Positions 50,740 through 63,620 are shown, counted from the first letter of the stretch. The stretch: DNA of 64,000 nt from Leucoraja ocellata (GCA_036785375.1 JAWMAR010000002.1:18166001-18230000); one strand, 5' to 3'. Numbers and translations are program-made. Notes: generated from the letters alone by a model not told the origin.

Positions 50740-51135
50740 CTATTCTTCGGATGAGTGGCGAATTGGAATACATAGCCCCGGACACTTCCTCCTCTCCCAT
50801 CTCCCATCAGGCAAGAGGTAAAGAAGTGTGAAAACGCACACCTCCGTATTCAGGGCCAGTTTCTTCCCAGCTGTTATCACGCAACTGAACCATCCTATCA
50901 CCAACTAGTGAGCAGTCCTGACCTTCCACATACTTCATTGGAGACCTTCGGAGGATCTTTAATCGGACATTACTGGACTTTACTTTGCACTAAACATCAT
51001 TGCCTTTATCCTGTATCTGTCCACTATGGACGGCTTAATTTTAATCATGTATAGACTTTCTGCTGACTGGATAAGCACGCAATAAAAAAGCGTTTTACTG
51101 TACCTACACATGACAATAAATGAAAATCAACTAAA
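50740..51135 (+). mobile_element. Rex1/Babar LINE 3' end
   Basis: PGHFLLSHLPSGKR*RSVKTHTSVFRASFFPAVITQLN matches the Rex1 C-terminus; ends tgacaataaa...ctaaacta. Confidence 0.8.
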
Positions 51136-52514
51136 CTAGAAAAGTAAGTAGCTTTGGGGCAGTGCACAGAGCATGGATATCATGTGCACTGAAGTAATTC
51201 GAGTTCTTCTTTGCTTCATTTGAAGCCATGTTTTATTCAATAGCTTTATCTTGCTGAATTTTGTCTGGAATGATAGTATACCCTTCGAAGAACTGCCCAG
51301 GGTTGCAGCCATAGGAGTTGTCTGGCTGGTTGATCTTACAGAAGAAGGCAGCTGAAGTCTGCCAATTGATCCCAAGCACACCTGCACTTATGGTCACAGT
51401 TCCCTTTCATGATCATCCTCCAGCTTCCAAAGCTGAAGTCACGTGATGTGTCCTGTTATCAACATATCTTCTGACACTCAGCATCAACATCTATGTGAAT
51501 ATTGTGTGAGCAACTGCATTTTCACCCCAGAGCCTGCAGAATTTGACCTTCCAAAGGACTGGTATTCACAGAGGAGTACTGAAGGGAGAAATAGGCAGAG
51601 AAGTTTTTTGAGGAAACAAGACTTTAATATATATTACTCGAATAAAGTTTGACCAGTTCCAGTCCATCATGTTGGTAAGTTCTGAGATTTTTGATGTTAG
51701 GCCACAAAATTGTGTTAAATATTCTCGACACTGTCAGTTTAAAAAAAAAAGCAATTGGTTATTTACTCGAGATACATCAAATTTTATTGCTTATTTCAAT
51801 AAACGATTAAAAGAAAATCATGTAATTTCACGACTTAGACTTAATATAGTACATGAGTTACAAGCATGAAAATGTCTCAGTTGCTGATGATAGGAGGCAA
51901 AACTTGTGAAAAAGGAAGTGTTTTTGTTAATTCTTCTTTTAAAGACCCTTGTCATGTATATTCTCAAAACGCCAGCCAATTCAAGAAACGATTTCTGCAA
52001 TAGAGGTTATAGTAGCTGCCAAAAGTGGTCACCTCATGGTGCTGCATTTTAACACTTTATTCTTACGCAGGATTGATGGCAGCCTGCGATTATTTTCTGA
52101 TCCTTAATCCCACTCTGAAGGCAGCTGAAAGTCCTTGAAGAGTGCTTGTTTAACAAGGACTTAATTCTAACTTAACTGGAAATGAAGTACTCCAGGGACT
52201 GGACTGTTCTCATGTCAGTTAAAAGGCTCTTTCCCTCAATCTCTTTCTAGTCCTCTCCTTTTCTGAGCGATTGCTACTCACATATCTTGTGATTTCTTTC
52301 TTTCATTTCCTCATTTGAAATATCATACAATTCTTAGTTTTACAGCTGCCTTGTACCTTTGCCCCTTGCTTTATTTCTTGCATGCAAATTTATTCTCTCT
52401 CCATTATTTTTGTTTCAGTTCTTCTTCATTCTGTTTTTCTTCTTGTTTACTTTCACTCACTTCCATTCATCTTTGCTATGACTCGCATTTTAACATTTGT
52501 TCAGCCTCACTTAC

Positions 52515-52560
52515 CTTCACAGTCCCTTGGAGTGTGTTGTCCTTCAACATGGAATGCTTA
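52515..52560 (-). CDS. RNF220: RNF220 internal coding exon (46 bp, phase 2->0; equivalent to the human KNSLLKDAMAPGTPK exon)
   Basis: Minus strand reads tttcttcaacAG|T AAG CAT TCC ATG TTG AAG GAC AAC ACA CTC CAA GGG ACT GTG AAG|GTAAGT, i.e. (S)KHSMLKDNTLQGTVK. Length and register match the remembered human RNF220 segment SKNSLLKDAMAPGTPK, and it joins in frame to 32223-32318. Confidence 0.85.
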
Positions 52561-53293
52561 CTGTTGAAGAAACAGGAAATAATTATTTCACTTTATTGCA
52601 GTTCATGTCTTGCGCGCAGTTCTAGTTAATTTTCTGCATGAGTACTATTACAACATGCTAACAGATTTTGATATTCATTATATTACCTGGCATTATCGTT
52701 TTTAAATCTCTCCAAAGTGCAAACTGTTGCAAAGTACACCATAATTATTTGCATGTTGTGAAAAATAATCAAATGCGTGTTTTGGCAGATTCTGTACAAC
52801 ACACAACAGAATAAATTGCATCTCATCCTGAAAGCACATCAGCTGTCCAATACCACTCTTGTCAAAGTGACATTACTTCTGTTTAGCAGAAAGAAAGAAA
52901 AATTGGGACTCAAGATTATCGACATCCAGAGTGTGCAACATTTTAACAAATGTATCAACATTCCAGGGTGTTTAAAATAGATTTAGGAGACAAAGTTGAG
53001 AATTGCATTATAAAGGTCAGTTATCACATTGATTTAGAGGTCTATGCAATATTACTTTGAGTCATTTGATAGCACATTAAAAGAGATAGCATCCTTTCTA
53101 TTGTCACCTCTGGGATCTAACTAAAAGCAATTCAAGGAAAAATATATAATCTGCTTAACATAAATGGTTGGGCCTATGATTCCCCACAAAAAGAATTACT
53201 GAGCGGACTAAGATGCATGTAAAACTTTAGTTGCCTCACTATACGGAGAGGACACTTGCTCTAATACTCCAAACTGACACCTATTGCCCAAAG

Positions 53294-53524
53294 GATAGAA
53301 ACAAAATGCTGGAATAACTCAGCGTGTCAGGCAGCATCTCTGGAGGAAAGGAATAGCTGGCGTTTCGGGTCGAGACCCTTCTTCAGACATCGGAATCTGA
53401 AGAAGGGTCTCGACCCGAAACGTCACCTATTTATTTTCTCCAGAAAGGCTGCCTGACCCGCTGAGTTACTCCAGCATTTTGTGTCTATCTTCGGTGTAAA
53501 CCAGCATCTGCAGTTCCTTCCTAC
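53294..53524. mobile_element. Head-to-head pair of Penelope termini forming a ~195-bp palindrome
   Basis: Arms 53294-53387 and 53396-53489 are reverse complements with scattered mismatches and an 8-nt spacer. Confidence 0.9.
53397..53424 (+). ncRNA. Minimal type-I hammerhead ribozyme motif (Penelope-associated)
   Basis: CTGAAGA-A-GGGT-CTCG-ACCC-GAAA-C-GTC: CUGAnGA core, stem II, GAAA, palindromic ACGT stem III, GUC cleavage triplet. Confidence 0.6.
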
Positions 53525-54169
53525 TCTTACTGCTCAGTCACAGGTTGTAACTTGTCTCACAAAGAAGACCATCAGAACACACATTCTGCTCTTCTTCAAT
53601 CTGATGTGCCTTATACCCTTTATTGATCCTTGTGATCATTCTTAAGGATTTTAGTAGCCTTTGAAAATTGCTTGGAGAATCAGTTAAAAATGAAACACAT
53701 CGAATGAAGATTTTTACATCCAACAAAAATTGTTACTATTCAAGTCTTTCTTTAGAATCCTTTTTTCTATTATTTGCCACCTCCAGCTCCTCCATAATCC
53801 CCTACCACCTCAAATGTATACTACAAAGTTCCCACCTCAACAATTGATTAACCAGGCAATTAATATTAAGATTAGCAAAAACCCAACTGCTGCAGAAACT
53901 ATGTGGGACTGGCAGCATCTGTGGAGGACCTTTCTTCAGATTGGTCACAATGATTACAGTTCTTTTTCCTGGGACCATTTATGTTCTAACAAAATTGCAG
54001 GTTCACCATCCTATTGATCACTCCCAATTTAACTGGCAAGAGAAACAGGACCACCTCAGGAGTGACCATGGAGTTAACAAAAATGAAAATATAGTTTTTT
54101 AGTAATAAGGCCATGTTGCTCTTTTCCAAAATGTTTATCAAATGTCTTCATTATATGAGATTCACAAAG

Positions 54170-54545
54170 AACAGGGAAAAGTACAGCACAGGAACAGGGT
54201 CTTCACCTACAAAGTCTGTGCCAAATATGCTGCCAAGATAAGCTAATCTCATCTGTCTGCATGTGATCCACATCATTCCATTCCCTGCATATTCATTGGC
54301 ATATCCAAAACCCTTACAAATGCACAATTGTATCTGCCTCCACCACCACCACTGGCAGCAGTGTTCCAGGCACCCACATTCTATGTGTAAAAAACTTGTT
54401 CTGCATATCTTCTTTAAATGTTGCTCCTCTCACCTCAAGGTTATGCCCTCTCATCTTTGACATTTACACCCAGGCAGAAAGGTTCTGACTGTCTACCCTA
54501 TCTATGCCTCTCATAATTTAATACTTCTATCAGGTCTCCCTTCAA
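54170..54545 (-). mobile_element. CR1 3' fragment
   Basis: gtacagcacaggaacagg tail; antisense ctctcataatttaatacttctatcaggtctccc (GDLIEVLNY). Confidence 0.7.
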
Positions 54546-54620
54546 CCCCCAAGATACCATTTTTTTCAACATTCTATCGGTTCACTTGTATGACAGCATT
54601 TAGCAAAAATATATAAATGA

Positions 54621-55330
54621 CTAGACTAAGTGAGATCCGTTCGGTCCCAACATCACACGGGAGGGCTGGTCCCCCAACGCAATATTCCACCTCCACCAAT
54701 TCCAATATTGGTGGCCAGTGGGGGAGGGGGGGGGGGACTTTCTGGAGCACTAGTATGGGTGTTGTGGGTTGAAGGGACTGGTTTCCAGAGGGCTAGTATG
54801 GACATTGTGGGCCGAATGGATTATTGGACTGGCGGCTCAGTCACTCAAGCCTGTTGTGCTGGCAGCTCACTCACTCACGGCTGGTGGGCTGGCAGTTAAC
54901 TCAAGCAGGCGTTTCATTTCCATGAAACTCCATTTCAAGCAGGGTGCAAGGCCACCAAATTCAAGTGCAGTTTCATACCATTTCAAGCAGGGTGCAAGGA
55001 CACTAAAGACAGCGAGTCGTGACCGCTCCCTCCTCCATCTTGCAGAGACTGAGCCACGCCCACACTTCTGAGTTTTATAGTCCCTCCCCCTCCCACCAGA
55101 AGGGGCGTGGCCTTCATCGCGTGAGTGAAAGGAGAGAGAATCTCAACATTTTTTAAACACTAACAACTCTTTTATTTTTCATCGATGGGAAAAATTCTCT
55201 TGTCCTGCGCAGCGGAGGGGGACTCTGAGTAAGATGGCCAAAAATCACAGCCGTAAGTGGCAGCGTTTTTTCTAAAATCAATATACAGAACAACAGGAAG
55301 TGGTCAAGATCAGACTTTTAGTAATACAGA
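54621..55330 (-). mobile_element. Non-autonomous Helitron (710 bp)
   Basis: Minus strand A|TC...CTAG|T with no TSD; imperfect GC hairpin at 54632-54648 just inside the CTAG end; internal 21-bp duplicate catttcaagcagggtgcaagg. Confidence 0.75.
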
Positions 55331-58300
55331 TTTCATTAATTTTCAATGTTGTCATTTCTATCCCAAAGCTGAAAGTGGAGGTGATCTGATACCTACATGC
55401 ACCCACAAGTACCCCATCTTTCTGTTTTTCCCTTAATCCATTTGCTAGGACAAACTAAGATTAAATGAACCAACATCCTTCCCATCCTTTGTTGGATACC
55501 TTGACCTGTTGCATCTGGTGACAGGCCTGAGACTGGAATGTACTCACTAACCAAAAGAACATTTTTTTTCCCCTTATCATTCAATATTAGATAGAGCATG
55601 GTAAGGTTTTACAATCACACCATCTTTATTATCACAGATAATTTACTGGCACCGGCAGGTTATGCAAACAGTACAAGTAAGGATTTTTTAAAACTCATTG
55701 CTATTGTAATTTGGACTATTAGAAAAAGTACAATGTGCCAAAAACAAATTGAATGAATAGAAATAAACAGCTGAAGTAATTCATCTAATAGGCTGCAGAG
55801 AGAGAATGGCTGGGGATATTCAATTTGTATTCATTTAAGACGGTAAAATTATTCATCTATAAAGTATCATATATATCATTAAGGTAATAGTAATTATTGA
55901 ACACATCATACTCTAAATTACTGCCCATTTTTGACTATTGTACTCCATTATGAAGATAAAACCTGCCATCTCCAGATATATTGCTTTCACTCAATGCCAA
56001 CACTTTCAAAATCTACTTCTTATAAATATCAAAATTCCACTTAGAAAGATGATTATTTTCCTCTCAACATACTGCAAACCAATACTGCTAAAAGGGCAAT
56101 CATGCTATTTGCTTCCAGGCCTCCCGATGAATAGGATCAAGACCTCAGTCTTTTCAAGTGGGTATAGTGCTGGCTTTCATTTAGTACCTCTATGCTGCGG
56201 CATGGCTAAGCACGTGCTAGGGGAAAAGAGAGGGTTTGAAGAGAATATATGGTCCCGGATGTGGTAGATAGCACAGTACCAGCCATGTGGACATGGTACC
56301 ACATTTCTTGGCAGAAAATGTAAACATTGCTGAGCTTTCATGTTTAAGTATCCCCATTCTGTAAATGTTCCTCAAGACAAACTATGCAAGAAACCTTTAC
56401 TAATCATGTTCTATAGGAGGTTACCATGACATTTGCAACTCAAATGCCAAAAGATTATTTCAACATTCCATCCCACCTTAAGCTCCAACTGGTCTTTGTA
56501 GTGCCTCCTTGTGGAACAAATCGGATTAGGAATTCACAGACACCAATCTTTTGGCTTACTACTTACAAGTCCACTGACATATTCCATCACTGCAACTCAC
56601 CGAAGATGACAGCGAAATAATTGTCATGTGTGTGCTGTAATAATGCAAGTTGGAGAGCATTGACCACAGATATTTCCCGAGAATTATCTTGCTTCCTTGA
56701 AGAATTTATGGATGAATCTTTGCAGGAGGGAGGGCGTTAACAAAGAGAAGCCTAGTATTGAGGTTCTCCCAATTCTATTTTCCCATTGGGATTCCCATCC
56801 TTTTCTCTAATCACTGGCTAAATTTTATGCATGCACGCAACTAAAAATCTATAGACAGCGAAGCATGATCAACAAATAAAAAAGGTGTACAAAATACAAT
56901 AATAATGACAAACAGACAAATAGATGTGTATGATAGATTGTGACAGTATATATTTGAAGTTTTCAGTTTTCTATTAAACAATAGGACGTATTAATCTACA
57001 TGGTCGCCATGAAGAATTTCTTATTAACTACCCTGAAGTAAAACTCTTTAATTGTACATTTAAATTATTGAAGTTTCAATCTAATCTCTTATGAAATTTC
57101 TCCTGTTAGACAAGTTCAATTTGAAACAATTATACAACTTTAGAAAATGAGTTGAAAATAAATTTTTAATTAAACTAATTATACAATGGTAGATGTAGAT
57201 CATTCTTTAACAAATGATAACAGACCAAAGAGAAGTAATGATTTTTTTTTTTTCACATCGAATTTGTAACTGTTTTCTCTTTCTTTTCTCATTATAGCAC
57301 TTCTGTTCAAAGATGTAGATGCTGGTATGTACATCTATCAACTTGTGAATATATTGTACAAAAATTACATACTTATAGTGCCAAAGCCATCAGCCTCAGG
57401 GGCAAAGCAGCTTACTATAAAGGCCAGATCTTAACTGCATCCGCCTTGCAACTTTGGGAATGACTGATTATAAGGCAGCAAGTATTAAAAAGCATTGCTA
57501 AGCGCTGGTCGCCAATAAGGGAAGACAGATCAAATCATATCTGTGCTACAGACACTAATATCCTAGGCTGCAAACAGGGACATCAATAAATTTTTATGAG
57601 ACTTTGAAAAGATCAACACAGTAGATGTGACAAAAAACAATGCTCCTGTCATGTTCAGTTTGTCCACAGCGCTCAGCCGAAGACGCCTAAGAGTATGTCA
57701 GCGGAGCAAAATTTAATTTTACAAGATTAAATCCGCCTTCATTGGCAGATGGCCGGATGCCTTGAAATGAGCACTGAAGGTGTTTCTTGAAGACATGCGG
57801 TGCTAAGCTCCTCCAGGACATTATATTTTAAAGCAGTATTTAAACCAAAGGGACAGAACGAAGCAGCTAATATAAAGCAAACCTAATGTAATAAATTGAG
57901 ACGGAGCAAGGGAGAAAATGGGAAAGAAGAGTGTTCCCTGACATAAAGTCCAATTGGAATTCCTTACTTCCCCACTCCGCACTAATGCTTCTTGCCCTTT
58001 ATCATATGTATGATGAAGCCCATCTGGATCTTTTTGTCTTTCGTATAATCCAGTTTGCTGAATTTAAGGAAATAAAATCCCCAATCCGCATGCTTCTAAA
58101 GGAGCAGAGGGTTTGCGACCTCCCAGTAACAATCAGAAGTCAAAAAGAGAGTAACAGTTTGACGAACAAAAACAGAAAAAGAAAAGATACAAAGTGGAGC
58201 AAACATAAAAGGCAGATTATCTTTTTTTCTATGCTGTTGTTGTGAAAACCAGAAGACTGTATAGTTGAATAGGAGAATATAAAAAGCATTCTGCACTTTC

Positions 58301-59155
58301 TGGGAGGCGATGTCAACTCTTCTGATAATTAATCTGCTAAAAGCAGAAGGACAGATTGTACTTGTTAAAATTCAGCTTTTTGCAAATGTCTGTAAAAGCC
58401 AGTTATGTGTTTTGTCTGATAATGTCAATGATGCTCTGTGTACAACAGATCAAAGGTAACCCAATTAAAAATGATTATGGGCTTCTTCAACCTTTTGGGT
58501 CCTGATCAGTCTTCACAAACTCGCATTTAGCAAAGTCAATAAATTCTCCGAGAACGGGATAAATCCTGTACTTCGTATTCTGTTTTTACTTTATCAGGGA
58601 AATTATTGACTTGCTTTAAGCACTGCTGAGTGAAGAAGAAATGATTAATTGAAAACCACAAATATTCAATGTGTAACCAATTGGATTTTGGACTGAAAGT
58701 TTCATATTCAGCAATTCTCCACCTACTTATAACACTAGAGTGGAGATGAACAGCAACACTTTCAGCCACTTTCCTTAAATTATTTTCTGTATTGTTGTCC
58801 TTTTCTCCAAGGGTGAAGTGAGGCCACAGCCCCAGAAATATAGCTCAATTTCAAGTGTTTAAATCCCTGTTGTATTCAACAAGCTTCAGACCCACTTTTG
58901 TTGTATAATAATATTGCAGTGTCCCGTTTCCGATGATCAATATAATTAACTTTCCAGTCAATTTTATGCATTCAGAGTAAGCCACCATGAGATCTCTGTA
59001 GCTAAGAGATCCCATAGGTCTAGAATGCACATGCATACTATAATATTAACACAATGATAAGAGTGCAGCAAAACTATCTTCCAAGAAACTGACACTGAAT
59101 CTTACGTCAGACATTGCAGAACACTCAACATCAGATTAGGAGCAGGGCATCCTCC

Positions 59156-59457
59156 AGTTTAGTTTAGTTTAGAGATACAGCAAGGAAACAGGCCCTTCGA
59201 CCTACCGAGTCCGCATCGACCAGTGGTCCCTGTACACTAACACTATCCTACACACATTAGGGACAATTTACAATTATTCCAAGCCAATTAACCTACAAAC
59301 CTTGGTCTTTGGACTGTGGGATCAAACCAAAGATCCCGAGAAAACCCACGCAGGTCACGGGGAGAACTTACAGACTCCTTATAGACAGTACCCGCAGTCA
59401 GGATCGAACCCAGGTTTCTGGCACTGTAAGGCAGCAACTCTGCCATTGCACCACCGT
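59156..59457 (-). mobile_element. Full-length HE1 V-SINE
   Basis: (agttt)n agagatacagcaaggaaacaggccc...ggatcgaacccaggtttctggcactgtaaggcagcaactctgccattgcaccaccgt. Confidence 0.9.
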
Positions 59458-60529
59458 CGAGCTTGAGGAATTGTCTAAGATGGGTATAACTTTCAACAGT
59501 ATTCTGCAACATCCAATCTTTGATTTTTTTGTCCGTTGACCAACTAGCTATCAAGATTACTACATTTTATTTTGTTCTGCTTATCTGAATTTTTCCAATA
59601 AGACTCTTTTGAGACACATTAGCAATACCTCCTGAAAATCCTATACGCTGCATTTACTGTAGTCCCTTTATCTATCCAATCAATAACATTTTTCTATAAC
59701 CTCTATTAAATTTGCAAAGCCACTTGTTAGTTATCTATGATTAAATCTTGTACTTCTTACTAACTTGATCTCAAAGAATGGATTATGAACTAATATTAAA
59801 CAACTGATTTGTGCTTTTTCTTTTCTTCATCTACAAACATTATATCAGTAACTTTTCCATCTCAAAGTACAATTTGTATGTTAAAGGAGAATAGAAAAAA
59901 ATTTGAAAAGTGCCCCTGCTCTCTACTTTCTAACTTCTCTCACCAGCCTGATAGCATGCATTTAGAGTCAAGTGACTTTACGGTCTTGATCCATGATCAC
60001 ACTTCAGAGATAATTCCTTTCTTGTTTCTCTCTTAACAGCAACGTATTGTGAATATATTTGGATCTTTGCTAAGCAATTGTTCTTCAATATTCACATCAA
60101 TCATTTGGCCCATGTTTTTTATTTTCTAAAACTATATCAGAAAATTGTTCATTTTTTTCTTGTTTCCCCCGTATTCCCAGGTTTTGTTTTCTAAATACAC
60201 TTTATTTTGCTGTACAAAAGTATCCTGATCCAGGAAGCAGTCCTGAATGCAACCTGAATACAAATTCCCACTTTGATTTTGTTATGGCCACATAACACAT
60301 CTCTGTCATTATAAATGGCTTGAATTCTAATTATTAAAAGATATTTTGGCATTCACAATCATATAACCATATAACCATATAACAATTACAGCACGGAAAC
60401 AGGCCATCTCGGCCCTACAAGGCCCTATATTACTGTGGTTTTGGAACACCAATCCTTAACTTTTTCCCCACTCTTTGAAATCTCTTGCTCATTCTACAAC
60501 AGGTCTTATATCCCTGTATTCTGTTCCTT

Positions 60530-60930
60530 CCTCAAAAGATAGTAGTGCAGAAACAGGCCCTTTGGCATGTTTGCATTGATAATGATGATGCCAAATTAAT
60601 CATCTCATCTGTCTGTATATGGTCCATATTCCTGTATGCCATATTCCTGTATGCCATATTCCTGTATGCCTTGTCTGTCCAAATGCCTATTAAACATAGT
60701 TTTGTATCTGCTTCTACCACTTCTCCTGGCAGCTGCATTTTTTTCAGACCACCTACATTTTCATTCATGTCATTGATATATATTACAAACAACAGAGATC
60801 CCAGCACCTATCCTTATGAAACACCACTGGTCACATATCTCCAGTCAGAAAAAAACAGCACTCTCCAACCACCCTCTGTCTTTTATGACCAAGCCAATTT
60901 TGGATCCAATTTATCAACACACTGTGGATC
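60530..60930 (-). mobile_element. CR1 fragments containing a 15-bp x3 tandem (60624-60668)
   Basis: Minus ORF LGSLLFVIYINDMNENVGG is CR1 RT; (ccatattcctgtatg)x3. Confidence 0.75.
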
Positions 60931-61442
60931 GATCCCATGGGATTTTCACAGTACTTTTTTCAACTCTGCTCATATTCCAATAGTTTTATTAATCCTGCTG
61001 TCCCTTTCTAGTCTCAACCTTACCCTTTTTTTTCTAGGAAATTATCTTGAATTGTCTACCCATTTTCTAATTAGCATTTCTGCAAAAATATCCAATTCTG
61101 AGTGTTGCATTTGGGAAAGAAGGCTTTAAAGAAAAAAATATTCACCCGGTTTTATTTCTAGGATATAAAACATAAACGGGTAGATTGGAAAAGTGATATT
61201 GAGAGCCCCGTCACTTCATGGAATATTTTGGCCTTCCTAATTTTTCAAAAAGCAATCTGTATAGTTCCAGCAAAACACCGGTAATTGTTGTCTTCCATTC
61301 TTGTCCCAAAATCTATAAACTGTCATATCTCAAATATACCTCAATACTTCTCATTAATTCCAAACAAGAGTTGGCTGCTGTCTTCACCTTTCAGCAACCA
61401 TTTGTGACTCAGTATCACATGCTCTTATGATAATTTATTTTC

Positions 61443-61620
61443 AAAACATTCAAAAGAGATTGATATAGAGCTCTTAGGGCTAGCGGAATTAGGGGGTATA
61501 GGGGGAAGGCAGGAACGGGGTACTGATTGTGGATGATCAGCCATGATCACATTGAATGGTGATACTGGCTCGAAGGGCCGAATGGCCTACTCCTGCATCT
61601 ATTATCTATGTATCTATGTA
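61443..61620 (+). mobile_element. CR1 3' tail
   Basis: gatgatcagccatgatcacattgaatgg...gaagggccgaatggcctactcctgc...tctatgtatctatg. Confidence 0.85.
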
Positions 61621-61666
61621 ACAGCCTTCTAAAGTCATAATACCTTCAGTTAAGGAATTTATATAT

Positions 61667-62454
61667 TAGAAACATAGAAACATAGAAATTAGGTGCAGGA
61701 GTAGGCCATTCAGCCCTTCGAGCCTGCACCGCCATTCAATATGATCATGGCTGATCATCCAACTCAGTATCCCGTACCTGCCTTCTCTCCATACCCTCTG
61801 ATCCTCTTAGCCACAGGGGCCACATCTAACTCCCTCTTAAATATAGCCAATGAACTGGCCTCAACTACCCTCTGTGGCAGAGAGTTCCAGAGATTCACCA
61901 TTCTCTGTGTGAAAAAAATTCTTCTCATCTCAGTTTTAAAGGATTTCCCCCTTATCCTTAAGCTGTGACCCCTTGTCCTGGACTTCCCCAACATCAGGAA
62001 CAATCTTCCTGCATCTAGCCTGTCCAAACCCTTAAGAATTTTGTAAGTTTCTATAAGATGCCCTCTCAATCTCCTAAATTCTAGAGAGTATAAACCAAGT
62101 CTATCCAGTCTTTCTTCATAAGACAGTCCTGACATCCCAGGAATCAGTCTGGTGAACCTTCTCTGCACTCCCTCTATGGCAAGAATGTCCTTCCTCAGAT
62201 TTGGAGACCAAAACTGTACACAATACTCCAGGTGTTGTCTCACCAAGACCCTGTACAACTGCAGTAGAACCTCCCTGCTCCTATACAAATCCTTTTGCTA
62301 TGAAAGCTAACATACCATTCGCTTTCTTCACTGCCTGCTGCACCTGCATGCCTACTTTCAATGACTGGTGTACCATGACACCCAGGTCTCGCTGCATCTC
62401 CCTTTTTCCTAGTCGGCCACCATTTAGATAATAGTCTGCTTTCCTGTTTTTGCC
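61667..62454 (-). mobile_element. Young CR1 (HER1-like) LINE, 5'-truncated, ~790 bp
   Basis: ORFs 61764-62288 and 62281-62574 give QRDLGVMVHQSLK...KANGMLAFIAKG and LYRVLVRQHLEYCVQFWSP...RELDVA with one frameshift; (tagaaaca)n tail. Confidence 0.95.
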
Positions 62455-62620
62455 TGAATATTGGTAATACCAAGAATATTGGTATTCTTCAGGTTGCAGT
62501 GCAAGAAACATATTGCTTTTCTTGAAGTAATTTATGGTGTGGACTTGTATGTTCAGGGAAACATTTCCAAACATACAGATAACATTAGATATGGAAGTTG
62601 CAGCTAACTGTAAGTGGGGA

Positions 62621-62922
62621 TAGTTTAGTTTAAATTAGATATACAGGGTGGAAACAAGCACTTTGGTCCACTGAGTCCATGCCAACTATCGATCACCTGT
62701 ACATTAAGTCTACCCTAGTCACTAGGAATAATTTACAGAAGCCAATTAACCTACAAACCTGCATGCCTTTGCAATGTGGGAGGAAACTGGAGCACCCGGA
62801 GAAAACCCAAGTGGTCGCGGGGAGAACGTACAAACTCCATACAGATAGCACCAGTAGTCAGGATCAAACCCGGATCTCTGGTGCAGTAAGACAGCAACTC
62901 TACCATTGCACCACTGTGTCAC
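62621..62922 (-). mobile_element. HE1 V-SINE
   Basis: tagtttagtttaaattagatatacagggtggaaacaagc...ggatcaaacccggatctctgg...ccattgcaccactgtg. Confidence 0.85.
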
Positions 62923-62924
62923 CT

Positions 62925-63620
62925 TAATGATGATAGACTTTAAGAAGACTTAGACATGCTGATAGAATTAGCATACGTGGCAGATGACAACTATTGTGAA
63001 AAAGTGTTCATATTTTAGTGGTAGGAATAAAGATAGACTATATAATCTAAAAGGTTGAATGTGAAAATGACTCAAGAATCAGGAAACCCTGGGTGTATAT
63101 ATGCACATAATGTTTGATGATGGCAAGAAAAGTGGAGAAAATGGTTGAAACGCCATAGGGAATTTATGCTTCATAGATAAGCGGCATAGAAAATAAAATA
63201 TCATATAGTCTCTTTAAAAACCTGGTTTGGCTACAACTTAGCACAATATCCAAATCTGGGTGATGTGTTTGGGGAAAGGGAGAAAAAAAGACTTACTAGG
63301 TTGTTGCAAGGATCGAGGAGTATACTTTGCTAGATAGATTGTTGTTCTCTTGATGCAGAGAAATTTCAGAGGTGTTTTGATTGAATAATGCAAAATCATA
63401 CAGAGTCTTAAAGAAGTGAATGAGAGGACACAAGTGAAAGGGCTAGAAAGCAAAAGTCATAGATAACCAACAAAAAAAAACCTGAGGTGACAGAAGGTAC
63501 AACTAGGCAACAAGTAGCTACTCCCCAGAATTGACAGCTTGAAATGGTGGTGGAAGCACAACCGAGGCCTTTAAAAAGATAAGTATTTGAAAGAAAAGCA
63601 GAACTACTAGGAAAGTGCAA
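62925..63620 (+). mobile_element. Ancient degraded CR1 ORF2
   Basis: gtggcagatgac, gaaaaagtg, ctggtttggctacaacttagcacaatatccaaatctgg and gtggtggaagca follow CR1 order. Confidence 0.5.

Noticed and set aside
51136-51440. ORF 51136-51387 and an alternative open frame in unique sequence
   Set aside because: No similarity to RNF220 or any family I recognise; no convincing splice-site pair.
60485-61129. 214-aa plus-strand ORF
   Set aside because: Antisense read-through of CR1 fragments including the 15-bp tandem (YAIFL x3); not a gene.
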